Assembly (NCBI GenBank): GCA_030704615.1
Contig: CM060731.1
Coordinates: 88,598,001-88,662,000, forward strand
DNA length: 64,000 bases
DNA from: Takakia lepidozioides
Taxonomy: Eukaryota > Plantae > Bryophyta
Reading direction: 5' to 3'
Position numbers and translations under genes: made by a program
The notes under the pieces: generated by a model
Database searches by the model: none
Seen by the model: only the letters and a program-made list of their open reading frames with translations
Told to the model about the DNA's origin: nothing
Shown: one piece after another, positions 1 to 14,334 of the stretch
How the letters are laid out: the number at the start of each line of letters is the position of its first letter
How positions within the stretch are numbered: the stretch's first letter is position 1

Positions 1-3000
1 AAGACAACACCATCTCCATCGCTGCTTCTCGGGGTAATGTTTGGCCATTTTAGCAGCCCTGCTGGTACAGCAATGAAACCAGAGAATGAAACCTGAATTC
101 TGTCATGTAGGCAGAGTAGGTCTACAAAACTTAGCTGACAGTCTCAAGTCTCAACCTTTTTGAACCAGAGGCTGCCAGACTCTCTATGGCAATTGTGCTA
201 ACTTTCCATTAATTCAGATACCACTCTCTGTACAGTGTTGGCTGATGGTTGCATGACATCTTAGACCAGCAGACAGGGGACCTCTAATTTAGTCATCCTG
301 TGCCTCAAACACGCAAGAGCAATCTTTAATGTGTGTTTTTGAGACACAGACACTTGTATGCCGCTGCTGAAGTGGAAGGTCCCTGCCTGAGGTTTTTTCC
401 CTACCAAACAAAGTTTGAATGAATTGGACAGTCCGATCCCTACATTGCAAAATATGTGCATACTACTTTTCTCAAAACAACTTGTGAGATAAGGATGTTC
501 AAGCAGCTGATAAGAGTTTTCCTTAGAAGTACAGGTCAACAGTAACCCTTATTTTAAGGGAGAACATCACTGCAGGGCATCAACTCTGGCGCTCCATCAG
601 TCAGCTAGCACCTGGCTGACAGGTGTCTCAGCGTCACTAGCATTTACGAAGTCCGTAGACTATCCTAGTATTACAACTCATAGACATATGACTCAAGATA
701 AAGGGATGATATACTACTTACACAGGGACGGCGAAGGACGGAGTGCTTGCACTATTGCTCTCAGATAGGCAAGAAACATTTCCAGAGGATGGGCCTGAAT
801 GGTTGATTGAAGAATGAGGCCAATAGATGGGACCTGAAGCAGCAATTGGTCCTGCAAAGGTATAGAATCATGGTCAGGTTACTCATCCTTGTTATGCAAT
901 TATCTTGGCAATTAAACTACAACAATTTGAGTGCACATTATACCTTGACTGTCGGGAGAATCTCCAACGCTTCTGGTAGGCCTTGAACCATGGCTGCCTG
1001 ATGAATCACAACTGCTTTTCAAGTCTCCTGGGAAAATTGTAGTGCGTGACTTGACCTGGCCATCAGGTGAATCTGTACTACTTAGCTCTTCTCCTGCTGT
1101 ACTGGCAGGCATGTTGTTCGATTCCAGTAAGCTTGCATTTTTTGCCTCTTCTTTCTCCTCAACCCCTTGAGCTGGAGATGACTTCTTCTCAAAATCCTTA
1201 TTTGGTGGTACACAGGTCTGAGTTTGCAAAGCATCATCACCCACTTGCGCTGACCTTATTTTGACAGGGTCATGAAGACTTTGAGTTTGGCCTCGTAATT
1301 GTTCACATCGCCTCGCAGTGACTTCATTCAAGACGATGGGGTCATCTGATAAGACACCATCATTGTTCAGAAGTGCTTGACCGGGAAGCCGTCGAAGCCT
1401 CTTCATATGAAATGACGGAAGATTGTCTTCATATTTTTCCTCATTTTGAGTTTCTAAAGCAGGAGAGTTGACACAGGACCCATTAGCGTGTGCAGCTGTC
1501 ACACCTTCATCTTGATTACAATAATTCTGTGCTTCGCATTTTTGTTGAACAATCTCACTGTCTTCTTCAGCAGCTCCCACCTGTCGCTCAGAACACAAAG
1601 AGGACAATGATGCTATGTTTCCCCTATTTGTTGCAGCTGTCAAGCCTTTGTCATGTTCACCAATATCCTCTGCACTGCAGTTCCATGATTCATGGACGCT
1701 ACTCTCAAGAGTTTTGTCAACAATCTCTCCGTTTTCGTGAACAGCTCCATTCTCAGGTTCAGTGTGCAAACCTGACGAGGATGCCTCACCTTCTGCATCT
1801 TTGTCAGTCCATAGAGCCTCCCCTGCACCATTTGGACTTTGTGATTGTGCTGTAACACCTTCTGAAGACAGCTGCAGGGGTAGGCAGACCTGGGCTTGGC
1901 CTTCCTCATCATTGCCAGGGAATTGATTGACATCTGCAGCCATCGCTCCTCTGTCATCTTCTCCCACATTCTTTCTATTGCAATTATGTCCTTCATAGTT
2001 TTCAGTCCTTTCTAATACATCTTGACCAGTCTCCTCCCTTTCTTCACCAGCTCCCTCATGTTGCTCAGAGTCCAAAGAGGAGTACGCTTCTCCACCTTTG
2101 GCATCTTTTGCAGCTAGTACAGGGTCACTGTGGCCAACCGGTGCACCATTTGTCCCTCCTGCACTGGCTACACCATTCTCTGGAGGCAGCTGTGGGTGCA
2201 CTTGATCTTGTTCCTTGTTATCCTCACGCACAACTTCTAAACCAGGAGTGTTGATAGGAGAGTCACTGGTTTGTGGGCATGTCACACCTCTATCATCTTC
2301 ACTGACTAACCCTGCACCGGAGTTTACTGCTCCACAGCTTGCACTGTGTTCAACTGTTTCTTGAGAAATCCCCCCCACTTCTTGAGCAGCTACCCCCTGT
2401 TGTCCCGCATGCAAAGAAGAAGATGTTTCACCTTCAGCGTCACTTACCCTTGATACAGGCTCGCTCTGGCCATCACATGCACCATTTGGGCTTCCTGCAC
2501 CTACTGTAACATTTTCCTCTTGAGGCAGCTGCATCAGTGGGGAGTCATGGGCTTGTCCTTCTTCATCATTGTCCTCCATTGGTGTGGGGTCCTTCTGTAG
2601 AGCATCTTCAGCAGTGTCCTCCCTCAGGACACGTAAATCATGAGTGCTGACAGGGGACTCATTCACTGATTCAGAGATCAGATCTTTGCTTGCTTCACTG
2701 ACACTGTTTTGCACTGTTTCTAGAGGCATCTCACGGTTTTCATGAGCAACTCGCCCCTGTTGTTCAGTATGCCAAGAAGGCAGAGATGTTTCCTTTTCAG
2801 CATCCCTTGCATTTAATGCAGGCTCACTGTGGTCAACACCAGCACCATTGGAGCTCTCTCCACCTACTGTTATGCTTTCCTCTGAAGGCAGATGCATCCC
2901 TGGGAAGTCCTGGGTTTCTTCAGCACTGTCCTCACTCGAGGTTCCTAAAGCCTGAGTGCTGACAGGGGACTCATTGACTGGTTTGAAGATCACATCTTTG

Positions 3001-6000
3001 TCGTCTTCACCAACACTACTCTTGACTGTTTCTTGTGCATTCTGAACCCCTGCATCATCAGCTCTCCTCCATTGTTCAGTATGCGGAAAAGGTGGGGATG
3101 ATTCCTCTTCAGCATCTCTTGCATTCAATACACCTACAGTAGCGCTTTCCTCTAAAGGCAGCTGCATTACTTGGGAGTCCTGGGCTTGTCTTCTTTTGAC
3201 ACTGTCCCCACTCACAGTTCCCCAACTGTGAGTTTTGTTAGGACATTCACAGGTAGCAGCATTTGCATCGTCTTTCGTAGCAATCTCATCCTCTTCTTGA
3301 CGAGTGCCCTCCTGCTGGCTACAATGCGAAAAGGACGAAGATGATTGAACATTGGCCTCTCCCACAGTTGGTACAGGCTCAATCTCACCAGTATGCAGAT
3401 CATTGAAGCTTCCTGGACCTGTGCCTTCCTCTGGAGGCACCTCCATTGGTGTGGAGTTGTGCCGTGGGGCTGCTTCAGCACTGTACGCACTCGGGGTTCC
3501 TAAAGCATAAGTAATGACAGGGGACTCGTTGACTGGTTTGGAGATCACATGTTTGTCATGTTTCTTGCCACTGCATTGCACTGCTTCTTGTGTAATCTCA
3601 TCATTTTCATGATCATCTGCCCCTTCTACTTCAGTATGCAAAGAGGACAAAGCCACTTTACCTTGGGAATGATCAACGGCAGTCAACAGAAGCTCACTCT
3701 CCCCACCATGTGTGCTTGGCCCACTTACAGGGACGCTTTCCTTTGCAGGCAGATCCATCACTGAGGAGTCCTGGACTTGACCTTCTCCATCACCATCCTT
3801 ATGTGGGGTTCCTGAAGTAAGCGTGCTGGCAAGGGACTCCTTAGCTTGTGGATCTGTAAAGCCATTTTCACCTGTACCGGCACTATCTACATTGAAGTCT
3901 AGAGCTTCATGATTCACACCCATTTCCTCCGTTTCTTCTGCACTGTTAATGCTTTCAGGAGGAACTCCCTTCTGTTGTTCAGTATGCACAGAGGACAAAT
4001 ATGGTTGACCACCATCATCTCTTGCGGTTGATAGAAGCTCACTTTTGTGAACACCTGTAGAGCTTTCCTGTGAAGGCAGATCCATCTGGTAGGGGTCCTG
4101 TACTTCACCTGCACAGACATACTCAGAACAAAGTCGTGTTAGTGACGATGTTCTTCCCATCTTGAGGTCTTCAAGCAATCCCTTGTGCACTAACGCATGA
4201 CTCTGCATACTGGCTTTGTCCCCTGCTCAGTGCTAGAGTCTTTCAACTTCATTGGAACAGTTCCTCTCTGAAATTGGAGGACTACCGGAGTCAAATGAGT
4301 TTTGCCATCAGTACTTTCCATGTGTCTATAGTTGTTCTTTGACAAGGTTCTTCTCTAAACTGGGGCTGGTCGCAGCATGTAAGATCCCAGGGTAATGTCC
4401 GAAGCATGAGAGCTTACATAGGAACTCTTAAGCTTGTTTGTCTCAGCAGAAAATCTGTATGAATGTCTTCTGCCAGCCTATTAAAAGAAGACGCACTGAA
4501 GAGAGTCAAACAATGAAAGGAGGACTGACAGAAGGTTGTTTCCTGTGCACCCGATCCATTCTACTCAACTCTGCAGCCCTGCTAAGTAACACAAATCCAC
4601 TCTACTTCTCTTCTCATTGTCACTCCTAGCATTTGATACAATGTAAGCATTCTCTAAAGTGCGACTTGAGTCCTTACCAAAGGGGTAGACAGTGTTGCAG
4701 ACCTCTGACACATTAGATGTGCCCAAGTTTACTGGTATTTCTGGCAACCCAGAAAGTTCTTTAGAGCTTGGTGAAATGAAAGTAGAGCTTGCTACTACAT
4801 CTGCTTCAGTGACACTTCCTTCATTTTCAGACACTTCTACATGCATACTCAAATCATCTGCCGACGACGAAGTCTCCAAATCTGAATCTGTCGTATATTG
4901 GCTGTAAGAGAAGGCTTCACTCCCAGCAAAACTGGCTTGTCTTCCATGACCATTGTCACTCATGCGTTGCGGCGGGTTCAAATTGGAAGAAGAACCATGT
5001 GCACTAACAGGAAAGGCACTTGAGGGCTCAGAAGCTGTTACAGGGTCGCTTGAGGTGGTTGTGGTTGATGAAGCATCCGACACTGCTCTTTGCAGGCACC
5101 CCTCTTCACCAGGAGAAGTCATCTCAACTGAAGATATAGATTTCATTCTTTCATGCTTCAAGGAGAGAGTAGATTCCAAACTGTTCAATCTTTCTTTTGG
5201 ACTAGCTTGAGACTCCATAGAAGACGGGGTATTTGAAGAGTCGAAACTGCTCCCTGCAATCTGTTGCTCATTTGCAGACTTCGATTTAGAAACCAGTGTC
5301 AGTTGCTCTGGAGATTCAGCCTCAGGCAATGCACCAGTCGTAAGCTCCATTTGTGGAGAGTCAGTTAGCCTTTCATCAACATAAAAGTTTCCACTTGCTG
5401 CCATAGTAGGCCTTTCCAGAGTCTGTGGCATAGGAGGAGAGCCTTTAAGCTCAGAAGCTTTGTTGTGCACTAAAATATTGGCCCTTTGACTTGCATCATC
5501 TTGGTTTGAATCCCTAGCTGGATCATAGGAAGAGCTCTCAGCATGGTCGACGCCACCATTTTGTGCCCGGGAGCGTGATGGACTCAAGGCTGACTCATCA
5601 CAACCATCCTCTCTTGCGACACCCATGGCAACATCTGGGCTCTGCGGAAGCACCTCCGATTCTTCACCCTCTTCCTCAAGGGGCTGCAGACTTCCCCCAG
5701 TGATCAAGTTACATGACAAAGGACTGTTGATGAGCTCTTGTTCCTCAAGCTTCTCCTCAGGAAGAGGTAGTCTATCCCGAATTCTTGAGCTACCTGGCAC
5801 AGGACCAGTGTGCACATTTGACTCCAGTGTAGCCTGCCTTCCCTCATCATTCAGTGCCCACGCTAGAGATCTTTTTGCATTGGGAGCATCCTTGTCTACT
5901 GGGTATATGGGAAAGGATGAGGGAGCAGATGCATCAGACAAGGTTTCACCATTACTTTTGTAGTGTCCAGGATTAGCTTGTACCTGAGCTCGCCCTGAGG

Positions 6001-8129
6001 ATGTCTTCTTCACAACTCCATTAGACCGTTCCCATCTACCTTCAGGTAAAATCAAAGGTGAGTGCTTGCCAGATACAGCATGGATGTAAGAAGCAGGGCT
6101 TGAAGAGTCCACTAGATTGCCTAGCTTTGTGGCCAGATCACGGCCAAACGATGCAGGGCTTCGAGGACTGCCAGCTTTGGAAACACTTACACGGGGACTC
6201 TCTGTTCGTGAGCCTGCCCACCCAGGGCTGCCAGACCTGGATACTGTGTGCCATTGATAATCCATTGCATCCAGTAGATCGTCACTTGTGAACTCGGGAA
6301 AGTCCTTGCTAGCTAGGAGGGGCCGTACTAACTCTAGTAAAGTAAGAAGGGGCCCAGTCACTGCCTCTACCCCATGCTTGTTTACAACCTGAAGAAGCAT
6401 GCTTGTCACTGGCACACCTGCAAGGCACATGACCACAACTCATCAAATCCGGCTACCTTACCATGTCTCCTCCAATAGACTAAAGGCTAAGAAATGGATC
6501 GATAACTAGCTGAGAGCTCAGTTTTGCACAGCAATCCTAAAACTTTCCACATCTGTTATGGACTCCACCAAGACCATTGCCGGTATGTGTTCCCATGGGC
6601 ATCTTACTAGTTTCACTCTTTCAAACAGACTACCGAAAAGAAGAAGGGGCCTCTAAAGACTGCTGCACACTCCCAGGACTGACACCTCACAAAAACGAAC
6701 TTAAACAACTATTTGCATTTAAGAATTGCTCTCTGGAAGCTCTTAGCCAACTGGTCAAGTGCACAACTGCTTACAAGATTGAAGTTCCCTCAAGTGACAA
6801 AAATCCTTACTACTAGCAATTTTCTTAACTAGTGGTTAAGAGATACAAGAAAATACCTCGGGCAGATAGACCAGACAGAAGTCTAGAAATTGTGTCTTTG
6901 TTTGCTTTTAGTCGATCACCTGTAGGATCCTTCAGGAAGACCTGAGAGGGCAATGGAACTGAATCTGTGATGAAATTTTCCTCTGACAATGATCTCACAA
7001 AATGTACATCAAGAGAGTTCGATTTGCTATTCTCGATTGCCTTTACATAATTGAGGTCCATTCCCCTGAGTGTTGGAACGTTGCAATAAGAAGATTGTAA
7101 TATGCACACTAAGCAAGATGCGATTCATGACTCCCTGCCTTCTAAGCCGTGAATCAAACTGCCCTTATTATTTCAAATGTAAAATTTACTAGCTGTCCGA
7201 TGTCCTTGCAAAGATACTGCTGGTGGCAAGGCCACATCTGCAGTTTGAAATTCAAAAGTTTCCAAGCCTTTCGAATTCAAGTTACATCCATTTATAGAAA
7301 TCCAAACTGCTAGTATTCCTATAAGTGTTGGCAGATAGGTGAAAAGTACAAGCACCAAAACAGTGCACTAAATTCTGGTGATATACTGCTCATATTGGTT
7401 ATGCAGTTAAACTTGAAGCGGACTTGAACCCACACGATTTGCAAGAGAAATGCATTCATCGGAGATTCTCGGGAGAGAATTAGAGGACGTGATTTCACAG
7501 TGGGTTAAGTGCCTTCAGCTACCTAAACTCTGAGCAAAACCTCGATTACCGAGTCAAAGTCCCAACCTCTAACCCCATCTCCAGTTACATATCCAAACCA
7601 GAGTGCAACAACAAACGAGGCAGCTCAAAACAGTAAAGTTTACCTGGGATTCAGGAAAAGAGGAGTCATAAATCATTTCCAAAAGTGACTGGAGTTCATC
7701 GTCCTCCACTTCCAGCCTACTCCGTATATTCGCCTGCTCATCAGTAAAGCACTTTCTGGTAACTAAGAAGGATAAATCGTTTCGGCTTCAACCTAATACA
7801 AGCGTCGGAAACCTAATAGCAGCCGTGCCATACCCTTGCACGTTGAAAAGAAATGAGTTACTTCGGAACCTTCTTGAGAAGAGCCTACTCCGACACACAA
7901 TTTCCCTTCCTTCAAAGATGGATGAGCACAGACTTGCACAATACAGGACTGATACGCAAGCAGGGTAAAAGAATATAACGAGGTCGATGACACTGACATG
8001 ACACTGACAGAAAGAAAGAGAAAAAAAACAAACCAGTTCTGCTTGGAAGATTTTATTGGCATTATCCACCTCCTTTGTCCTTTCCTTGGACCTCTCGCTA
8101 CCGGAGATAGCTCTCAACAGATAATCCAT
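1..8129 (-). CDS. Multi-exon gene for a large, mostly low-complexity acidic/Ser-rich protein of unknown function; the 3' part continues beyond the left edge
   Basis: ATG at 8129 (MDYLLRAISG...). GT-AG bounded exons read by eye at ~8034-8129, ~7644-7762 (TRKCFTDEQ...FPESQ|gt), ~6857-6941 (VFLKDPTGDR...SARG), 4678-6417, ~944-4222 and ~722-851, plus further small exons (e.g. 1-92). Long ORFs of 623 aa and 1098 aa. No family recognised. Confidence 0.75.
1600..4120 (-). repeat. Coding tandem repeat, about 9-10 degenerate units of ~85-90 aa within one exon
   Basis: Recurring peptide blocks QD(S)xxMxLPxEES, HSE, DAEGE, HTEQQ and KPVNESPVST, with matching DNA repeats (e.g. gacaggggactcatt, gttcagtatgc). 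Confidence 0.85.
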
Positions 8130-11100
8130 GTCTCCAACTGAGACAAAATGGTGTACACTACTTGCAACCTATGTGCAAATTCAGTCTCACGACCCCCTCA
8201 AGGTTATGGCGGCAAATTGCAGCCTAACGTGAACCCTCCCATCTACGTTAACACTTCAAGCTTGCGGGCAACTTTCCCCTTGAAAGTCATTTTCTAGCTG
8301 AAAATCAGCTGAGGTAGCGTTTTCCAGACAGAAGAGAGCGTGCAGGAATTTAGCCAAAGTGTGGTGACGCCCCCATTTCTGTGAAAGCCACGGAAACAGG
8401 GAAAGGCCGGAGCTCAGATGAGAATCCTACAAAATTGTTTCCCGTTATCTTCTTGCAAGTGGGCTGTTGAAGGTTGTAAGCAATCACAATTCAGATGTAC
8501 AGTAACTGTCCAGAAAATGCTTCAAGTTCAGAGGTAGCAATGGTGTTGGAAAAAAGCTTCCTTTCCCGCTGATTATGGATGCAAACGTAAGTGTGTTAAA
8601 CGTCGACTACTTCCGGTGCGAAAACTTTCAACGAGTGAGTGACCACACATATATTAAAATTGCCACTGCAAGTGTGTTTGAACTTCTACAATGCTGGGTT
8701 GTGCCCCGTGCCAATAATACAACCCTCCTGCTTGCAATCCACGCAGCCCAAAACCGGGACGAAAATTTTAGCTCTCAAGATACACTTGAACGGGACGAGA
8801 CAGCAAGAATGGATACGCCGCGGCTCTAGCTGGGCACCAGAGACTGCAGCTCGAGATGAAACCAATCCCACAGACCCACATGCAGAAAAAGGAGAGGGGA
8901 TAGCAATGCCAGTTTCTACACACCCACACTCTAAGAACCCCAAGCGCCCACAAGTATCCCCAGACTGGCTGCCGACATGGAGGAGCGGTAGCCATAAGCC
9001 TAGTCATGCACGAGGGGAAGGAGGGTGCACGTGAAATGCAAGTTCCTTATCGGCTGGTGACACAACAATTATGAGAATCGACCTGCCAACTCGGATCTCC
9101 ACCATAACCCATAACCTAACAGGGATCCAGTCTCTCCTGTTGACGATGAGTTTGTAGTCTTGTAGACAAGCATCTACTCCACGTCGACTCGTGATAGTCG
9201 CTTCCTATTTACCATGTGACAAGTTTGCATACTTTGAAAGGGCTTTTAGGGCCCTCCAAGACGCACGCCGCACTGATTTTTCCTTATGAGCCAGTCACGT
9301 CTTCAATGCACTGACTTCATGGCCCTCGCGAGGCGCCACCCGGAGATGGGGAGCAACCGCGCGGACAGAGGTAAGTACATGACGCGCAGAGCCTCACATA
9401 TTCACGCGTTGCCCCATGAACAGCACTGCCTGCGCAGTCCACTGCGCGGTCAGGCGTTGAGATCAGACCACAAGCATTGAAGGTGGGTGTCAAATTGCAG
9501 AAGGCTGCTGCCCAAGAGCAACACCAGATTGCACGATGGCCTCCACTTGTGCTGTGCGGGCCAGGCCAGCTCCCTCTACTTTTTGTATTGCTGTGCTTCA
9601 ACCGCGTCGCCTGCTTCACTTTGCACGCGTGTGTCAACGTCTGCTTCTGCCTGTCCGCAAAGTCGCGCATGATCTGTCTTCGTCCACAGCACATATTCTG
9701 CTACCAACCTTGCCTCCACGAGCTTGGCTTACAGAGCCGAGGCTTTTTGCGCTTGTTTCAAGAATTCGACGAGTCCGGTTATCCGTGGTGGTCCACAAAG
9801 TAACCATGTAAACCCCGTTACCACATGGGTGCCAGGCTAAGGAAAAGTTGTGCACCACAGTCACCGTTATATTTTCCCCCTGTCGACCCTGCGCAGTCGA
9901 GAGGGCGAATTAACACCATGCAGTTCACAATATCAGAAAAAGTTTGCTCGTCTTTTCCTCGTTGTCTTTTTGGAACATTCTTGGATCTTGACCCCACCGC
10001 ACATTCTCCAAAGCTCAGATTGCTACCTGAAATAGATGCCTACCTGAAATCTTCCTTGCGAGTACAATTGTAGGTCAACTGGGGTGCATAGGCTAGTCCT
10101 AGTGTGAGTGAAAACATCTCTCCTTTTTAAGAATTTAAAAAAAAAACGGTTTTAGAAGCACTAAGTACTGCTCATTACCACATCTTCTCGTGTTTCAACC
10201 TTTTGCTTGGAATTTCGAGTGTTCTCTGAAACGTCAGCAAACATCACCCTAACTCATTGGATACTTATCTAACGGAAGTAATTACTCTAAGTTAGGAGCT
10301 GCAACTCTTCATCTTGATTTTCACATCCTCTGTGAAGTACTTGCAGCTCGGATGTCGTCCAAGTTTTCAGGGTTGGGATGGGTTTCGCTCGTCCCAAGCA
10401 GAAGTTTGTCAACAAAATGAAGATAGTTAATAATAATTTTTGCGGTTTGCAATGTGTCCTGGTCACTTGTGTACAAACAGAAAACTAGCATGACCACGGC
10501 CATAATTTTACACAGATTGAGTAAATGCTCATCAACATGAAAAGAGGACTGCGTCAGAAACACCCAAAAACGACAACAGTGTGGCAGACAGCATTTACAA
10601 TCCTCGAGCAGCTTCTCTTGCTTATCCACATCAAGACGCCGCAGCATAACATAAACTGTGGAGTAGACTCATCATTTGGAAGTCTTTACTTGAAGTGCGC
10701 ATCATAAGTCCATTTATGAGCGGACTGGAGAGCAGATATTCCGATTTGAATCACAAAGCACTCGAAGCTCTTCATGACAAGTGGGAGGATCCTGTCAAAT
10801 ATGTACCGTGTCCGTCCCTTGATCATGGCCTCTAACTCAAAATTCTGTTGGCGGGTCGAACTTGTGCTCACTGCTCATTAGACATGCATCAGCTCTTTTT
10901 TAAACCCCGTCTCATGTGTCTGGAACAATCATGAATAGGTTCTCATCTGCAGGGCTTATTACAAGAACGGCAGATGCAAGTTATTTAGATCGATAGTCAG
11001 GTAAGTACTAAGTACCTAATAAGTACCTAACGCCCCTTTTTTAATCCTATAGTAGCAAGAGCACCAACAGTACGCACCTAAACTGCAGCCCCGGAGCTCC

Positions 11101-11930
11101 CCAGACCCCAGAGAACTTTGAGATAAGTCACCCGGCCAGAAGATGTCATTTAGAAAGTCTAAGTTGGCAGTGCGATTGCCTACATTAAATTGAATGAGAC
11201 AAAACACTCCTTCCTGGCTACTTTTCTGTCCTGTCTTCTTCCTCCGTTTCCTCGCTGACCAATTAGTGTTTGCGTCATTTCTTACATGAAGTCCTGCCGC
11301 TAATTCTTCACTTATTATGTGTGTACTATGAATACCATACTCTCAGCTCTGCCTTCACTTGTGGCGAAATCTTGCAAGCTTCCTCATCACCCTCAAGCAA
11401 ACGAGAGAGTGCACTGCTCACCTGCCCTGCACTGCCATCACAACGTGGTGATCCGGCTTCTATGTAGCTATGGACGACATGTACGGTGATTTTTGGCAAT
11501 TCAATAGACAGCGATTGTTATCAGAAAAAGTGTTATCTCCTTAGTCTCCATATGGCTTGGGCGAAACCAATGGGATCTAGGTTAACATTGTTTTATAAAC
11601 ATGTGTGTGGGTATCTCTCATCAAAGAGAAAGAAGCTCAAAGAGTCCGGCGGGAGCAAGCGTATATACCAGGGTTGTGCAGGTAGTGTTGCGCCGGGTCC
11701 ACATTCCGGGATTATTTCGGAACCAAGTCCGTTCGGATCTGAAATTGGGAAAATCCGGGTTTGGGTATTTGAACACGGGGTCAGGTCCAGGTCAGTTGCT
11801 AGAGATTATTAGCGGTTCTGGGTCCTGATTAATTGATTAAATTAACTAAAAATAGAAAAATAGAAATAAAATGGTTTTTGGCTGGGAAAAAAACTAAATC
11901 CTAATGGCGAATTTTATTCTAGGACATATT

Positions 11931-12211
11931 CAGTGTTTTTTTTTTCACTTTTCCTAAATCGCAGGCAGGACATGTAGATTCTACCCGGTGCCTATATGGC
12001 GAGACTAACGAGGTGACATAGTTAGAAAAGTGGCTATATTACAGGTGGCATATTTTAACAGGTCCACATACGACAAATCTGGCTCCTGATATTTGACCAT
12101 TGGCGCTTTCTGGCGATTTTTTTAATTTTTACTCGTAATTCCTTAGTAAAAGTAGCTGACCCATTTTCCAGGTCGAAATCTGGCGATTTTTCGCCAGATT
12201 AAAAAACACTG
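11931..12211. mobile_element. hAT-type MITE
   Basis: TIR CAGTGTTTTTT...AAAAAACACTG; perfect 8-bp TSD GACATATT at 11923-11930 and 12212-12219. Confidence 0.9.
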
Positions 12212-12399
12212 GACATATTCCTTCAAAATGTTCCATGAATATATGTGGCTCTTTCACAAATGGCATGAGAATTAGAATACAATTTGAGATCCGCCCATCA
12301 ATTTAAAATTTTAAACATGTTGAGAAAAGTAATATGCCTCATAGATGACTATAGCAAGAAAACCACACACCACACCATAAACAAGCCACAAACCGCAAG

Positions 12400-12830
12400 A
12401 GGCTATGTCCACTGAAGCAACAATTTTCACAAGTTGCCACGTGGTTTATATTAAGAGCTTTTTTAGACCAATCATACTCTTGACACAGTGTAAGGTCCGT
12501 TCACCACATTTTCTCCTGTGACTTCAACATGATGCAAAGTCTTTGCCCTGAAAGGACAGAGCCAACAAATAAAAAACCAAATATGAGAGAGGCCAGGAGG
12601 ACCTCGATCCCACTCGCATCTTGTTTCTTCTCCCAATGTTACAATGCTTTGCTTCCGAGATATGATGGCCACCTCAAAATAGACATAGAAATCAATTGAG
12701 TCTGGAGTTCCTCAAAGGCTTGCTTGTGCTCCTCCCTCCTCCTGCCACTCCTAATCCACCTTTGCAAGGAGCTCAAGTGAGGAACGGCCCTCAAGCTCTC
12801 CAACTGTAAGGTAAAGTGCCACATTTTTAT
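12400..12830 (-). pseudogene. Possible decayed L1-like LINE ORF1 fragment
   Basis: Frame-broken peptides PHLSSLQRWI, IFGFLFV and VVNGPYTV loosely resemble the plant L1 ORF1 (DUF4283) region. Weak similarity. Confidence 0.3.
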
Positions 12831-14334
12831 TGGCTCTGACCCGCAAGGGATAGAGGCATTATGGAGACATCTTGCCTAGGCGGAGAACTATGGAGGGTAG
12901 ATGGGACCAGCAAGGGATAGAGGCACATCCTGCCTAGGGAGAGAACTAGGCTTATCCATTAAGCCTAGTCTAGGGAGGATTGATGGGCATGATTCATGAA
13001 GCCGTGGAAAAAGTATAAAACAACAACCCCAAAATCACCCAAGGGAAGAACAAGGAAGCCTCTTGTGGCAGAGCCGCTTGTTGTATATCCATATATGTAT
13101 ATATTTATTAAACTTCAAACCCAAACCTGCACCCGGACCCGACCGGTATAGTATTGGGCGGAATATGATTTTTTTTTACATCAGCCAATGTTTAACTTCA
13201 AATTTTATGTTCACATCTTCCGGTTGCGAGGTTTTGGAGCTTTCTCGTTCTAATATCCTGTTGGTTGACAACAAAGAAAAATTCTAAGCCTATGCGGTTA
13301 TGGAAAAATGGAGTTTTGTATGTGGATGGCCTCCAACTATATCCACTTATCAAACAAGTCCAAGCTTGTTTTAATGAATTAAAAATAACCCAAATTTAAA
13401 AACGTAATGTATAAAAAAAGGTTATTATATAGGTTGTTATCTGGATTATGATATCATAGGTTATTATGAATAGGCTATTATCCGGATTATAACCTCCGGT
13501 TCTAACTGATGGATATAAAGGTTCATAACCTGCCTCTTTTGGGCCACTAGATCCGGATCAAAACAATACATAAAAAGGACAAAAACACCGGTTCTCAACC
13601 GGATCCCGGATCCGGATATCCGACGGTTTTTAACTGAGGCAGATATTTAATCTTTTGACCTGGGGCGTATCCTCATATATACATCCATTTGTTGGGACGG
13701 CCCGCCTGCGGTCTGAGGTAGAAGTCAAACCTTTGCGGCAACACTCGACCAGACCCGCTTCACCAGCCCCCATAGCTGGTATAGCGGGTTCTTGATCCAC
13801 TAGGAGTGTCCGGCTAGGGTCCCGGTTCATTTCTGAAATGCACCAAGGGGGTGGATCCAGATATTTCGTGCTGATGCGGATCTGGATCCGGGTCTGGGTC
13901 ACCCTGACCACAACACTGGTCATCAGGATATCAGCTGCCTGATATCAATGGATCCACACCCGGAATTTTTCCTTCCGATATCTGGCTATTACTGATGTCC
14001 GACGACGGATATGAGAAATCCAAAAGTTTGAACCCTCGGGTTCTTCATTGGCCAGCACACCATCACAACAACATCTATTCTTGGGATATATAGATACAAC
14101 AGTAAAATAAACTAACTTCTATAGTAAATGTATTGATTTGCAATCATCATTACAATGTTTCAAGATTTATTTTTTTAAATCTCTGCAATCGCAGGCTTAT
14201 TGTTTTTCTAGTTACAAGTTACATAGTAAGAAATTTTTTAATTAGACGATGGTCTGAACTTTTTGTCACCTTATTACGTGCTATTGCAATGTGAGTTGGC
14301 CAAGTTGCCACTTTATTACAGGATTGGCACTTTA

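Larger units (their letters stand above)
11683..13918. mobile_element. Probable non-autonomous hAT-like element (or two juxtaposed ends) with nested insertions
   Basis: Ends TAGTGTTG...CAACACTG with dense subterminal CCGG/ATCCGG repeats at both ends. The flanking 8-mers do not match, so no TSD. Confidence 0.5.
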
